DNA of 64,000 bases from Pseudomonadota bacterium (GTDB taxonomy: Bacteria > UBA10199 > 2-02-FULL-44-16 > DYJF01): NCBI GenBank assembly GCA_043823065.1, contig JBDRBB010000001.1:32001-96000 (forward strand), written 5' to 3'. The position numbers were made by a program, and so were the translations under genes. Under the pieces are notes generated by a model that worked only from the letters and a program-made list of their open reading frames with translations, was not told the DNA's origin and did not search any database. Below are positions 1 through 11,022 of this stretch, piece by piece (the first letter of the stretch is position 1; every line of letters begins with the position of its first letter).

Positions 1-1
1 T

Positions 2-577
2 TTGATTGCCGCAGAAGATACCAGACAAACCCGCAAGCTTTTATCCCACTATGAAATTCATACTCCCTTAACCAGTTTTTTTAAGGGTAATGAAAAGAAC
101 AAGTCAGAAAAAATTATTCAGGAACTGCAATCTGGAAAAAATATAGCTTTAGTATCAGATGCTGGTACGCCTTGCATTTCAGATCCAGGATATCCTTTGT
201 TAGAAGCTGCTATTCAGGCAGAAATAAAGGTGGAGCCAATACCCGGACCGTCAGCATTAACTGCTGCTTTAAGTGGGGCAGGGCTACCTACCAATCAAGT
301 AACATTTGTTGGTTTTTTGCCAGATAAACCAGGTAAACGCAGGAAGGAAATTGAAAAATTAAAAGATTTGCCCCATACTTTGGTGTTCTATGTTTCCAAA
401 TGGAAGATTCAAGCGATTGTGGCAGAATGTTTGGAAATTCTTGGCAACCGTCAAGCTTGTCTTGGTCGTGAATTAACCAAACTTCATGAAGAGTTTATAC
501 GCGGTGATCTTGCTGAACTACAAGCTATCTTAGGTAATAATGAGCCAAAAGGTGAGATGGTTTTGCTTATTTCCTAA
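2..577 (+). CDS. rsmI: 16S rRNA (cytidine1402-2'-O)-methyltransferase, 5' end outside window
   Basis: IAAEDTR, LVSDAGTPCISDPG, PIPGPSA, RELTKLHEE motifs. Confidence 0.93.
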   Translation: MIAAEDTRQTRKLLSHYEIHTPLTSFFKGNEKNKSEKIIQELQSGKNIALVSDAGTPCISDPGYPLLEAAIQAEIKVEPIPGPSALTAALSGAGLPTNQVTFVGFLPDKPGKRRKEIEKLKDLPHTLVFYVSKWKIQAIVAECLEILGNRQACLGRELTKLHEEFIRGDLAELQAILGNNEPKGEMVLLIS

Positions 578-1634
578 GCAAAGTAATTGGCGGGCTAGCT
601 TTTTCGCTGGCAGCCATAGAAGGTGGAATATTGCGAGGAGGAATTTCAATAGGTTCAGTAGCAATTTTTATTCCGCCTTTTTGCGGGATTTTATATTTGT
701 GCCCAACCCTGATTAAATTGGTTTTTAGTCCGTTGACTTGTTTGATTGTCGCCACAGTAGTGCGATAACGGCTGGCCAAATGACCTAGGGTTTCTCCATT
801 TCGGACGCGGTGATAAACATACGTTTGAGGTAATTTGATAATATTATTTTTTACTAAATAAGGATATGTTCTACGTCCCATTTCTTGGGCTTGAAGATTA
901 TAAAAACGCACATGCATATGAGTGGCATGACCTTTGGCATGTCTGATGATGCCTTGACCACGGTTGGTAACTGGATATTGAAATACGGTTTTTAGCCATT
1001 TGGGATCTTCGCCAATACCCATGGCATATTGGTATAAAAGTTTTTGTATAGACCTGTCGATCAAGATTAATTCCACATCACTTTCTTCAAACAAGGCGCG
1101 AATTAGAGCCCAAGTGCGAGCTAAATCTAAATTGTTTTTTGTGGCACGCTTCCACCAATGACCATTAATATTTTTATAATACCAACCAAAATCCACATCA
1201 CGTCCTGCCTGATGACTTTTATGACTGCCAAAACTACCTCCATTTCTAACGCTAATATCGCCAATTTCAATGGGTGAAGCACCTGGATATTGTTCGTAAA
1301 CCTTATTAATGCTGGCAATAACAAAATCTATGGTTTCTTGGGTGCCCCAACTTTCATTTGGGTCAATAAGTTTCCAACGTTGCCCTTCAGGCATTTGCAC
1401 TGGATTGAAAAGCGCGCCAGCATAAGGATGACCTATGGATAGAGAACCCAATTTTTTTGGATTATTTTTTAAAAGATGATTGATTTCGGTATCTTTCAGG
1501 CTTAAGACGCTTTTTTGTTGAGGTTTTTTGGTAATTTTAATTGGTGTATCAGTGGTAAAAAAAGAACAAGAAGAATAAATAAAACCAATGCAGATCAGGA
1601 ACAAAGCTAACAAATATGAACTGATTTTTTGCAT
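567..1634 (-). CDS. Penicillin-insensitive murein endopeptidase (MepA-like) with C-terminal LysM; possible lipoprotein
   Basis: IGDIS...HKSHQAGRDVD...HATHMHVRF zinc motifs; LysM YHRVRNGETLGHLASRY; hydrophobic N-terminus with YSSC. Confidence 0.8.
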   Translation of the reverse strand: MQKISSYLLALFLICIGFIYSSCSFFTTDTPIKITKKPQQKSVLSLKDTEINHLLKNNPKKLGSLSIGHPYAGALFNPVQMPEGQRWKLIDPNESWGTQETIDFVIASINKVYEQYPGASPIEIGDISVRNGGSFGSHKSHQAGRDVDFGWYYKNINGHWWKRATKNNLDLARTWALIRALFEESDVELILIDRSIQKLLYQYAMGIGEDPKWLKTVFQYPVTNRGQGIIRHAKGHATHMHVRFYNLQAQEMGRRTYPYLVKNNIIKLPQTYVYHRVRNGETLGHLASRYRTTVATIKQVNGLKTNLIRVGHKYKIPQKGGIKIATEPIEIPPRNIPPSMAASEKASPPITLLRK

Positions 1635-1675
1635 AAGTTTTTATTTAATAATATATGACCTCTCTGGAAGCAAGT

Positions 1676-1706
1676 AAAAAAGCCCCTGTATGGAACAGGG
1701 GCTTTT
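1676..1706 (-). terminator. Intrinsic terminator after dnaK
   Basis: aaaagcccctgt-atgga-acaggggctttt hairpin with T tracts, just past the dnaK stop. Confidence 0.85.
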
Positions 1707-1721
1707 AGATTAATACCTGGT

Positions 1722-3647
1722 TTATTCGTCTTTAGATTCCTCAAATTCTGCATCAACAACTTTTTCATCTTTTTTCTTGTCAGTTTTATCTCCTTTGGCG
1801 TTGCTTTCCTGGCTTTGTCCTTCTTGGGCAGCATCTTCTTGTTTAGGAGTCGCAGATTTATATAAAGCTTCTGATATTTTATAAGTAGCCTGTTGTAACT
1901 CTTCCATAGTTTTTTTTATTTTATCAGCATCTTTAGATTCAACTGCTTTTTTACATTCTTCCATAGCTTTTTCAGCCTCGGTTTTAGCTTTAGCATCAAT
2001 TTTATCTTTATTATCTTTGATCATTCTTTCTGTGCTGTAGACTAAAGAATCTGCTTGATTGCGCATTTCAATTTCTTCACGCAATTTTTTATCTTCAGCT
2101 TCGTGACTCTTGGCTTCTTTTACCAAACGATCAATGTCATTTTTTTCTAAACCAGAAGAAGAGGTGATAGTTATTTTTTGTTCTTTCTGAGTGGCCATAT
2201 CTTTGGCGCCAACGTGTACAATGCCGTTAGCATCAATATCAAAGCTCACTTCCACTTGAGGCACGCCGCGGGGTGCTGGTGGAATACCGTCTAAATGGAA
2301 ACGACCCAAGGTGCGATTGCCAGCAGCCATTTCTCTTTCACCTTGCAGAACGTGCACTTCAACTGAAGTTTGACTGTCAGCAGCAGTAGAAAAAATCTGA
2401 CTCTTTCTAGTAGGAATAGTGGTGTTTCTTTCAATTAATTTAGTCATTACTCCACCTAATGTTTCAATTCCCAAAGAAAGCGGAGTTACATCTAGCAGCA
2501 ACATATCTTTTACTTCGCCGGTTAGCACGCCAGCTTGCACGGCAGCGCCAGCAGCTACCACTTCATCAGGATTAACGCCTTTGTGCGGTTCACGGCCAAA
2601 AAAGTTTTTCACAATTTCTTGCACTTTTGGAATGCGGGTAGATCCACCAACCAAAATTACATCCTGAATATCTGATGGTTTCTTTTTGGCGTCAGCCAGG
2701 GCTTTCTTGCAGGGTTCAATAGTTTTTTCCAAAAGATCCATGACCAAAGATTCAAACTTAGCTCTGGAAATCTTTATGTTAAAATGTTTGGGGCCAGATG
2801 CATCAGCAGTTAGGAAGGGTAGGTTGATTTCTGTTTCCATGGTGCTAGATAGTTCACACTTGGCTTTTTCTGCAGCTTCGCGCAAACGTTGCAAAACCAT
2901 GCGGTCTTTGGAAACATCGATTCCCTGATCTTTTTTAAATTCTGAGATCAAATACTCCATAATGCGTTGATCCAAGTTATCACCGCCCAAATGCGTATCA
3001 CCATTGGTTGATTCCACTTCCACAACATTTTCACCAACATCTAAAACTGAAATATCAAAAGTGCCGCCTCCAAAGTCGAACACAGCTATGGTCTGATCTT
3101 TTTTCTTTTCTAAACCGTAAGCCATGGCTGCAGCGGTTGGCTCATTAACAATACGCTTAACCTCTAACCCAGCGATTTTGCCAGCATCTTTGGTTGCTTG
3201 GCGCTGACTATCATTAAAATAAGCAGGCACTGTAATTACTGCTTCTTTAACTTCTTCACCTAAATAGGCTTCTGCTGCTCTTTTGAGTTTTCTTAAAATA
3301 TGGGCTGAAATTTCTGGCGGAGCATAAGCTTTACCATCCACGATTATTTCAGCATCGCCATTGTCAGCTTTTTTTACTTCATAGGGAACTATGCGAATTT
3401 CCTCAGGAATTTCGTTATATTTGCGTCCCATAAAGCGTTTAATAGAATAAATAGTCTTTTCAGGATTAGTAATGGCTTGGCGTTTGGCAACTTGGCCTAC
3501 CAATATTTCGCCGTCTTTGGCAAAAGCAACTACAGAAGGGGTGGTTCTAGCCCCTTCTTCATTAGTGATTATTTTAGGTTCCCCACCTTCCATAATAGAT
3601 ACTACTGAATTGGTTGTTCCCAGATCGATTCCAATAACTTTACCCAT
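1722..3647 (-). CDS. dnaK: Chaperone DnaK (Hsp70)
   Basis: [25 protein letters not shown]; ends VVDAEFEE. Confidence 0.99.
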   Translation of the reverse strand: MGKVIGIDLGTTNSVVSIMEGGEPKIITNEEGARTTPSVVAFAKDGEILVGQVAKRQAITNPEKTIYSIKRFMGRKYNEIPEEIRIVPYEVKKADNGDAEIIVDGKAYAPPEISAHILRKLKRAAEAYLGEEVKEAVITVPAYFNDSQRQATKDAGKIAGLEVKRIVNEPTAAAMAYGLEKKKDQTIAVFDFGGGTFDISVLDVGENVVEVESTNGDTHLGGDNLDQRIMEYLISEFKKDQGIDVSKDRMVLQRLREAAEKAKCELSSTMETEINLPFLTADASGPKHFNIKISRAKFESLVMDLLEKTIEPCKKALADAKKKPSDIQDVILVGGSTRIPKVQEIVKNFFGREPHKGVNPDEVVAAGAAVQAGVLTGEVKDMLLLDVTPLSLGIETLGGVMTKLIERNTTIPTRKSQIFSTAADSQTSVEVHVLQGEREMAAGNRTLGRFHLDGIPPAPRGVPQVEVSFDIDANGIVHVGAKDMATQKEQKITITSSSGLEKNDIDRLVKEAKSHEAEDKKLREEIEMRNQADSLVYSTERMIKDNKDKIDAKAKTEAEKAMEECKKAVESKDADKIKKTMEELQQATYKISEALYKSATPKQEDAAQEGQSQESNAKGDKTDKKKDEKVVDAEFEESKDE

Positions 3648-3698
3648 AAATATCTCTCCTTTGCATATGCTATACTATATTGTTTTTAAGTGTTATTT

Positions 3699-3771
3699 CT
3701 ATGAGGTCTTTTAGTCGTAGAGTCAAGAGTTTGCAAGAAAATCATTGACTTTACTCAGAAAATCCCCATTT
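3699..3771. promoter_or_regulatory. Back-to-back sigma32-like heat-shock promoters for dnaK and dnaJ
   Basis: + strand TTGACT(3745)-N13-CCCCATTT(3764); - strand TTGACT(3726)-N14-CCTCATAG(3706). Confidence 0.55.
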
Positions 3772-3783
3772 TTATAGCCCCAT

Positions 3784-4851
3784 ATGATTAAAAAAGATTA
3801 TTATGAAGTGTTAAATGTAGCTAAAAACGCTGATTCTTCTGAAATTAAGAAGGCTTATCGCCGTTTAGCCCTTGAATATCATCCAGACCGTAATCATACC
3901 AAAAAAGATCCTCAAGCTGAGGAAAAATTCAAAGAAGCTTCTGAAGCCTATGAAGTGTTGAGTGACCCTTCTAAAAGACAAATTTACGATACATATGGCC
4001 ATCAAGGATTAGCAGGCTCTGGTTTTCAGGGATTTTCTGGTATGGATGACATATTTTCCTCTTTTGGCAGTGTTTTTGAGGAGTTTTTTGGAGGTTTTGG
4101 GTTTGAAACAAATTCTAGGCGTTCTGGTTCAAGACGGGCTTATGTAGGTGCTGATTTGCGCCATAATCTTAAAATTTCCTTTATGGAAGCAGCTTTTGGT
4201 GTGGAAAAGGAAATATTCATTACCAAACAGGAAATTTGCGAAAATTGTCAGGGAAACGGGCAAAAACCAGGTACACAACATAAACCTTGTCAGACTTGTC
4301 AAGGTTCTGGACAATTTACCCAAAGACAAGGTTTCTTTATTATGCAAACTACTTGCCCTCACTGCCAGGGAGCTGGCTCAATTATTGAAGAAGTATGTCC
4401 AGAATGTCGGGGCAAGGGACGAGTAAAAACAAAGAAGAAAATAAATGTTAAGGTCCCAGAAGGCATTGAAGACGGCATGCATTTAGTTTTGCGAGGGCAA
4501 GGGGAGGCTGGAGTTAATGGTGGCCCAGCAGGTGATCTTTATGTAATGATTGAAGTGGAAAAACATGATTTTTTTGAAAGACATGGCGATGATGTAATTT
4601 TAAAAGTTCCTATTTCCTTTGTGCAAGCTGCTTTGGGCGACAAGATCGAAGTTAATACTTTAGAAGGCAAGGAAAAGGTTGCTGTGCCAGCAGGTACGCA
4701 AAATAATGATCAGCTTAAATTAATGCATAGAGGTCTTACCAATGTGCATAGGCGTTACAAAGGGGATCAGATAATTATTTTTGAAGTTCAAATACCTAAA
4801 AAACTTTCTAAGCGTCAGCGTAAGCTATTAGAGGAATTTGCTGAAGAATAG
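3784..4851 (+). CDS. dnaJ: Chaperone DnaJ
   Basis: J domain with HPD, G/F region, four CxxCxGxG repeats. Confidence 0.98.
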   Translation: MIKKDYYEVLNVAKNADSSEIKKAYRRLALEYHPDRNHTKKDPQAEEKFKEASEAYEVLSDPSKRQIYDTYGHQGLAGSGFQGFSGMDDIFSSFGSVFEEFFGGFGFETNSRRSGSRRAYVGADLRHNLKISFMEAAFGVEKEIFITKQEICENCQGNGQKPGTQHKPCQTCQGSGQFTQRQGFFIMQTTCPHCQGAGSIIEEVCPECRGKGRVKTKKKINVKVPEGIEDGMHLVLRGQGEAGVNGGPAGDLYVMIEVEKHDFFERHGDDVILKVPISFVQAALGDKIEVNTLEGKEKVAVPAGTQNNDQLKLMHRGLTNVHRRYKGDQIIIFEVQIPKKLSKRQRKLLEEFAEE

Positions 4852-4897
4852 TCAATTCCAGGTTGCAAATATAAGCACTATTGGCTAATAGAAAATT

Positions 4898-5821
4898 ATG
4901 CCTATTAACGCCACATTACGCTACTTCAAGATTACCACCAGTCTTAAACTATATTACCAACATTGGATTCCCCAAAATCCCAAAGCCTTGCTTATTTATG
5001 TGCATGATTTAGGCGATCATGTTGGTCGGCATGGTAATTTTGTAAAATATTTTGCAGAAAGAGGTTATGCAGTTAGTCTTTATGACCAACGAGGTCATGG
5101 TCAGACTGGTGGTGATCTTGGTAATGATGGGCATTTTCGGGAATTTGTTAATGATCTTTCTAGTTTTGTGCATTTTTCCAGAAATTCTGTGCCCAAAGGC
5201 ACTCCACTTTTTTTAGTTGGCCATGGTGTTGGTGCTCAATTTATTATTAATTTATTGGTTCCAGGTGTTAATTCCTTTAACGCTGGCATTGTTGCGCCAC
5301 CAGGCAAGATTCATGGTTTTATCACTATTTCTGCTTATATCAAACCTTTGTTGAATAATTTTCAATGGAAGGAGCGTTTTGAAGAAAAAATAGCCCGGAT
5401 TTATCCTTCCTGGACAGTGAAGAGCTTGATAGATCCTTGGCAACTTTCTGCAAATAAGGAGTTATGTACAGCTTATAGTGAAGATCCTTTGGTTATTCAA
5501 AAAATACCGATTCGTTTGCAAAAGGAAATTTTAGATAATACGCAAATTATCATGGCTATGGCTTCGCGAATTCGCATGCCTGCCCTGATGTTGCATGGTT
5601 TAGAAGACCAAATAGCTGCTGCTGAGGGCACTAAAGATTTTTTTTCGCGTCTCCCTTTTTCTTCGAATAATCTAAATGTTTATGAAGAAGGCTCACATGA
5701 ATTACTTAATGGTGAGACTAAAGATCTGGTTTTTACAGATATGGAAAGTTGGCTGGAATCAATTCCAAAAATTAATCAGCAAAAGGAAACCATATGCGAT
5801 CTGCCTTTATTTACTGCTTAG
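4898..5821 (+). CDS. Alpha/beta hydrolase, lysophospholipase/monoglyceride lipase-like, nucleophile Ser absent
   Basis: YDQRGHG, LHGLED, HELL motifs; GHGVG where GHSxG is expected. Confidence 0.75.
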   Translation: MPINATLRYFKITTSLKLYYQHWIPQNPKALLIYVHDLGDHVGRHGNFVKYFAERGYAVSLYDQRGHGQTGGDLGNDGHFREFVNDLSSFVHFSRNSVPKGTPLFLVGHGVGAQFIINLLVPGVNSFNAGIVAPPGKIHGFITISAYIKPLLNNFQWKERFEEKIARIYPSWTVKSLIDPWQLSANKELCTAYSEDPLVIQKIPIRLQKEILDNTQIIMAMASRIRMPALMLHGLEDQIAAAEGTKDFFSRLPFSSNNLNVYEEGSHELLNGETKDLVFTDMESWLESIPKINQQKETICDLPLFTA

Positions 5822-6363
5822 TTGTTTTAATTTTGTTTACTCAACTAATGGGTTGCGCGCGCACAACAAAATACAGCCGATCTCTAAGTAAATCTACGCA
5901 AAAAGGCCAATTATATAATTTGCAAACTTGGAATGCAGATGTGATTTGGTATGCCACTTTTTTTAGCGATAAGTTCAGGCGTGAATATGCCAAAGAATTT
6001 GCGCAGCTAAATCATCTGGGCCCTGTGGAAAGCGCGCGCTGGATGGCCAAACAAGCTGAATTGCAGGATAAATATTGGGAATTTTATTTAACAATCTACA
6101 CCAAAAAAGATTTTAAAGAATTTTCTATGAATCCAGAATCTTTTTGGCAGATTGATTTAACTACTAAGGGTGGCGCAACAGTAGAACCTACTTCTATTGA
6201 ACAGGTTTCTTACAAAGCTGCTGATCAAATAATGTTTCCTCATCTTAATCGTTGGTCCAGGTCTTACCGGGTATGTTTTCCAAAAATAGCGTTGGGAGAG
6301 GAAGTGGTGTTAAATTTAAAAAGCATGGTTGGCAAATCAACCCTGAGCTGGAAAGTAAAATAG
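5794..6363 (+). CDS. Hypothetical lipoprotein
   Basis: Hydrophobic N-terminus with LMGC lipobox; embedded in operon. Confidence 0.65.
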   Translation: MRSAFIYCLVVLILFTQLMGCARTTKYSRSLSKSTQKGQLYNLQTWNADVIWYATFFSDKFRREYAKEFAQLNHLGPVESARWMAKQAELQDKYWEFYLTIYTKKDFKEFSMNPESFWQIDLTTKGGATVEPTSIEQVSYKAADQIMFPHLNRWSRSYRVCFPKIALGEEVVLNLKSMVGKSTLSWKVK

Positions 6364-7716
6364 ATGAATCGAGCAGGCTTGCTGGGTAAAAAAATAAAGT
6401 GTACTTGTGGCCAGCAGCATCAGGTGCCAGTTGAAAAAGTAGTTATTAAAGGCAAAGCAATTGAGCTGTTGCCAAAACTTCTTAAAGACCTAAAAAACCC
6501 CAAAAAACTACTGATTGTTTCTGATAAAAATACGCACCAGATATTGGGAGAAAAACTGGCCAAAATTTTGCGGAAAAATAATTTTTTAGTGCAAGAGCTT
6601 GTTATGCAACAAGACCAGGTTGTAGCTGATGATGAAACGGCAAGTTGGGTAAGTCGGCAAGTAGAGAACCCAGATATTTTAGTTGCTTGTGGTTCTGGCA
6701 CAATTACAGATTTAACTAAATATGCTGCTTGGGAGCATAAAAAACCTTTTGTAGCTGTAGCTACAGCAGCTTCCATGAATGGCTATGCTTCTAATATTGT
6801 AGCTCTAACCTGCAAGGGATTGAAGAGAACCATAAAGGTCAATCCTGCTTTGGCAGTAATTGCTGATTTGGATATTATTTGTGCAGCACCATTTGCTATG
6901 ACTTGTGCTGGCTTAGGAGATGTAATATCTAAACCAGTAGCTAATGCTGATTGGAAACTGGCTTCTTTAATTAAAAAAGAACATTTTTGTAGCCTGCCTT
7001 TTGAATTAATAAAAGATTTAGAAGATATTTATTTTAATCAGATAAAATTGCTCAAGCAAACAGACCCCAAGATTATGGCTGCCTTAATGGAAGCCTTGAT
7101 CTATTCCGGGATATCCATGGTTATTGCTGGTTCTTCAGCTCCTGCATCGGGCGGAGAACATTTAATTTCCCACACCTTAGATATTCAGGCTAATTTGCAG
7201 GGCAAACAGCATGATTTTCACGGGGCACAAGTGGGGGTAGCCACCATTTTTACCTCACTTTTATACGAAAAAATGCTGAATTTTAAGGTTAAACAAATTC
7301 AGACGGAGCAAATAATTCAGAAGCAAAAAAATAAAAAAAATCAGACTGAGCAAGAAGTGGCGCTTAGAAAATATTGGTTGGATTTATATCCAGAAATTGC
7401 TGCTGAGTATGCTAAAAAGCAGATGTCTTGGGAAAAAAAGCAAGAAGAGCTCAAGTTTATTCAAGAAAATTGGGCAGAGATTGTTCACCAAATTCAACCT
7501 TTTTTGCTGTCAGCAGCAAAAATAAAACGCCTCTTGACAGATGGTGGGGCAAAGACTCATTATACAAAATTAGGTCTAAAGAAACAGGAGTTTAAGCAAG
7601 CAGTGCTTATGGCGCCTTTCATGCGGGCTAGATATACAATTTTAGATTTAGCCCAGGATTTTGGATTGTTAGAAAAATTTACAAACCAGATAATAGGAGA
7701 AGATAATCATGATTAA
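6364..7716 (+). CDS. sn-glycerol-1-phosphate dehydrogenase (EgsA/AraM family)
   Basis: CTCGQQH N-terminus, GSGTITD, TAASMNGY, PASGGEHLISH, HGAQVG. Confidence 0.88.
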   Translation: MNRAGLLGKKIKCTCGQQHQVPVEKVVIKGKAIELLPKLLKDLKNPKKLLIVSDKNTHQILGEKLAKILRKNNFLVQELVMQQDQVVADDETASWVSRQVENPDILVACGSGTITDLTKYAAWEHKKPFVAVATAASMNGYASNIVALTCKGLKRTIKVNPALAVIADLDIICAAPFAMTCAGLGDVISKPVANADWKLASLIKKEHFCSLPFELIKDLEDIYFNQIKLLKQTDPKIMAALMEALIYSGISMVIAGSSAPASGGEHLISHTLDIQANLQGKQHDFHGAQVGVATIFTSLLYEKMLNFKVKQIQTEQIIQKQKNKKNQTEQEVALRKYWLDLYPEIAAEYAKKQMSWEKKQEELKFIQENWAEIVHQIQPFLLSAAKIKRLLTDGGAKTHYTKLGLKKQEFKQAVLMAPFMRARYTILDLAQDFGLLEKFTNQIIGEDNHD

Positions 7717-8395
7717 AGCTGTTTTCTTTGATGTGGGTAACACGCTCTTCTTTTATAATTATGATTTTTTACGCGGTCTTTTAGAAGAACGCTATCAATT
7801 TGACGTGAGCAATGAAGAGTTAGAGGCCACCAGCAAAATTATTCAGAAATCTTTTGGTAAAATGATAAGAGAGGGTATGAGTCATACTGAAATAGCTTAT
7901 GAAGCTTATTTTAGCTGGTTTAGAGCGATTGGTATTCGAGAAGATAAAATCGATCATATTATTCAAACCATTAATACCCATCCTTTTAAACACTTATTTT
8001 GGGCCAAGATGGCTGATGGTGCAATTGACACGCTTAATTGGTTTTTAGATCGTGGTTATAAACTAGGAATAATTTCCAATGCTGAAGGACAAATTGAACG
8101 TTTAATTCGTCATGCAGGAATAGAGGATTGTTTTGAGATAATCTTGGATTCTCACGACGTTGGTTATCACAAACCCGATGAGCGTATATTTAAAAAAGCC
8201 TTAAAAACATTGAAAGTTAATCCGCAAGAAGCAGTTCATATAGGCGATTTAATAGAAGCAGATGTTTTAGGCGCTAGAGCAGCAGGTATTGAACCAATTT
8301 TAATTGATCGTGATAATTGCTATACTGATATTGATTGCCTAAGAGTTAACAAATTGCAGGAATTAAAAGATTTGCCGATATTTAATCAAGCATGA
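7709..8395 (+). CDS. HAD family hydrolase (subfamily IA)
   Basis: FFDVGNTL, ISN, KPDERIF, HIGD...D. Confidence 0.9.
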   Translation: MIKAVFFDVGNTLFFYNYDFLRGLLEERYQFDVSNEELEATSKIIQKSFGKMIREGMSHTEIAYEAYFSWFRAIGIREDKIDHIIQTINTHPFKHLFWAKMADGAIDTLNWFLDRGYKLGIISNAEGQIERLIRHAGIEDCFEIILDSHDVGYHKPDERIFKKALKTLKVNPQEAVHIGDLIEADVLGARAAGIEPILIDRDNCYTDIDCLRVNKLQELKDLPIFNQA

Positions 8396-9417
8396 ATTCC
8401 CAAAATATAACAGATGTTTCTTTAAGACAGCTAAAGTCTGCTGTACTTGAACTTGGGCTTAAGCCCTTTGCTGCTGATCAGCTGGTTTCCTGGTTATATA
8501 AAAAAAAGGTAACCAGCTTTGAAGACATGACCAATCTTTCCTTGCTGGCCAGGCAGGTGCTCAAAGAAAATTATTTTATTTTCAGACCAAAGCTGGTCAA
8601 AATTTGTCAAGCTAAAGACAGTACTAGAAAATTTGTTTTTCAATTAGCAGATGATGCTAAAATCGAATCAGTTTTAATCCCAGCTACAGACGAACGCTTA
8701 ACCTTGTGTATTTCTACCCAAGTTGGTTGTCCTATGGGTTGCGATTTTTGCCGCACAGCTAAGATGGGCTTTAAGCGAGATCTTAGCCAGGGTGAAATAT
8801 TGGCTCAAATTTTAGAAGTGCAAAAAGTTTGCGATCAGGAAGATCAGATTATTACTAATGTGGTTTTCATGGGCATGGGAGAACCTTTTGTTAATTATGA
8901 GGCAGTGGCCGGGGCAGTGGAGATTATGTTGTCAGAAAGAGGTATGAACTTTTCCAAAAGAAGAGTTACTATTTCAACTTCAGGCCTAATTCCCCAATTA
9001 ACCCAGTTTGCCAAGGATTATAATGTAAAGTTGGCGGTTTCCTTAAATGCGACCGAAGACAAAACACGCTCTAAATTAATGCCTATTAACAAACGTTATC
9101 CTATTGCGGATATTATAAATTTTGCCCGAAAATATACTAAGAATTCCCGTAATTATGTCACTTTTGAATATGTTTTAATTAAAGATGTTAATGATTCAAA
9201 AGAAGATATGCAGCGTTTAAGCAAATTGCTAAAAGGAATTAGAGCCAAGGTTAATTTGATTGCTTTTAATGCTTTTCCTGGTTCGTCCTATAAAGGACCT
9301 TCAGAAAAAAGAGTTTTAGAATTTCATAAATATTTAACTGAGCAAGGTATTCAAACCAATATTCGTTTAAGTAGGGGCCAAGATATATTAGCAGCTTGTG
9401 GACAGTTGGCAGGATGA
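8392..9417 (+). CDS. rlmN: 23S rRNA/tRNA adenine-C2 methyltransferase RlmN
   Basis: CPMGCDFC radical SAM motif, MGMGEP, AACGQL. Confidence 0.97.
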   Translation: MNSQNITDVSLRQLKSAVLELGLKPFAADQLVSWLYKKKVTSFEDMTNLSLLARQVLKENYFIFRPKLVKICQAKDSTRKFVFQLADDAKIESVLIPATDERLTLCISTQVGCPMGCDFCRTAKMGFKRDLSQGEILAQILEVQKVCDQEDQIITNVVFMGMGEPFVNYEAVAGAVEIMLSERGMNFSKRRVTISTSGLIPQLTQFAKDYNVKLAVSLNATEDKTRSKLMPINKRYPIADIINFARKYTKNSRNYVTFEYVLIKDVNDSKEDMQRLSKLLKGIRAKVNLIAFNAFPGSSYKGPSEKRVLEFHKYLTEQGIQTNIRLSRGQDILAACGQLAG

Positions 9418-9431
9418 GAAGGGAGAATTAA

Positions 9432-10295
9432 ATGAGCAAACATCTTATAGGTATCATTGGCGGCAGTGGTCTTTATGCAATGGAGGGGCTGGAAATCAAA
9501 GAAGAGAAAAAAATAGAAACTCCCTTTGGTGCTCCTAGTGATGCAGTGATGCTAGGAACAATGCAGGGGCAGCAAATCGCTTTTTTAGCGCGCCATGCCA
9601 GAGGGCATTTAATACCCCCGCATCAGATTAACTTTCGAGCCAATATTTATGCGCTAAAAACTTTGGGCGTTGATAGTATTATTTCTGTTTCAGCAGTTGG
9701 CAGTATGAAAGAAGATATCCATCCCGGTGATATTGTTATTGTAGATCAGTTTGTGGATCGCACTAAAGTCAGACATCAAACATTTTTTGAAGATGGAATT
9801 GTGGCTCATGTTTCTTTTGCTGATCCGGTTTGCAAGTGCCTAGCGGATAAATTGATAAAATCAGCCAAAAATATTGGAGCAAATGTGCATGAGAAGGGCA
9901 CTTATATCTGTATTGAAGGCCCCATGTTTTCTTCCCGTGCGGAATCTCATATTTATCGCAGCTGGGGAGTAGATGTTATTGGCATGACCAATTACCAGGA
10001 AGCAAAGCTGGCTAAGGAGGCTGAAATTTGTTATGCTACTATTGCTCTATCTACAGATTATGATTGCTGGCGCGTAGGGGAGGAAGCTGTGGATGTGGCC
10101 CAGGTTATAGAAGTAATGCATAAAAATGTGGAAACAGCGCAAAAGATTATAAAAGATGTTTTATCTAGCTTGAGTACAACTAAAACCTGTAATTGTAACA
10201 ATTGTTTGCAAAATAGCATTATGACAGCTCCAGATAAAATTTCTAAAGCAACTAAAAAACGACTAAAACCGATAATAGATAAATATATAAAATAA
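9432..10295 (+). CDS. mtnP: S-methyl-5'-thioadenosine phosphorylase
   Basis: IIGGSGLY, EGPMFS, GMT, TDYDCW. Confidence 0.93.
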   Translation: MSKHLIGIIGGSGLYAMEGLEIKEEKKIETPFGAPSDAVMLGTMQGQQIAFLARHARGHLIPPHQINFRANIYALKTLGVDSIISVSAVGSMKEDIHPGDIVIVDQFVDRTKVRHQTFFEDGIVAHVSFADPVCKCLADKLIKSAKNIGANVHEKGTYICIEGPMFSSRAESHIYRSWGVDVIGMTNYQEAKLAKEAEICYATIALSTDYDCWRVGEEAVDVAQVIEVMHKNVETAQKIIKDVLSSLSTTKTCNCNNCLQNSIMTAPDKISKATKKRLKPIIDKYIK

Positions 10296-10301
10296 GGCTC
10301 T

Positions 10302-11021
10302 ATGCAACATAGTACGCAGGCTATAATTTTAAAAAAAATTTCCTATGGAGAGGCTGATTTAATTGTTACTTTCTTTGGTAGGGAAGAAGGGCGTTTAACT
10401 GGTATTGCCAAAAATGCCAGGCTTTCTCATAGGAGATTTGGCGGGGCTTTAGAGTTGGGTTCTTTGGTTAATTTGCATTATGTAACCAGGATTCATTCTA
10501 GCTTGGTACGGTTAGAAGATGCCCAAGTTAGTTATCCTACAACAGGTATTGTGCAATCTTTGGAAAGAATTAATGCCTTAGCTAAGTCGTTAGAATTGGC
10601 TTTGGCTTTTTTGCAAGAGCGACAAGCATCTCCTGAAAAATTTGATTTGCTCAGTAAGTATATATTTTTTCTCACTAAAACTGATCCTCAACCGCAAGAT
10701 TGCATTGCTTTTGAGCTTAAATGGCTATCTTTGGTTGGTTATAAACCACAGCTGGATAGTTGTTTAAACTGTGGCAGATATGATGAGCAGCCAGCTTGGT
10801 CGTTTTCTTTGGATCAAGGCGGAATTATGTGTTCACAATGTATCGGTTTGAATACAAAACTAGTTAGTTTGAATGAGCAATCTTTGCAAAACATGCGTCT
10901 TCTAGCTACTTCTCAAAAAGTTTCCATCACCAATTCCCAGGGACTGGCTATTCAGGGCTTATTGACAAATTATATTGAATATATTTTAGGCAGACCTCTA
11001 AATCTAATATATAATCTCTAA
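10302..11021 (+). CDS. recO: DNA repair protein RecO
   Basis: YGEADLIVTFF, AKNARLS-RRFGG, CxxC...CxxC zinc motif. Confidence 0.9.
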   Translation: MQHSTQAIILKKISYGEADLIVTFFGREEGRLTGIAKNARLSHRRFGGALELGSLVNLHYVTRIHSSLVRLEDAQVSYPTTGIVQSLERINALAKSLELALAFLQERQASPEKFDLLSKYIFFLTKTDPQPQDCIAFELKWLSLVGYKPQLDSCLNCGRYDEQPAWSFSLDQGGIMCSQCIGLNTKLVSLNEQSLQNMRLLATSQKVSITNSQGLAIQGLLTNYIEYILGRPLNLIYNL

Positions 11022-11022
11022 T

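Noticed and set aside
2419..3714. Short antisense or alternate-frame ORFs within dnaK and other conserved genes
   Set aside because: Shadows of well-conserved genes with no independent motifs
4871..4890. CIRCE-like taagcact downstream of dnaJ
   Set aside because: No matching GAGTGCTAA arm at N9 spacing, and the wrong position
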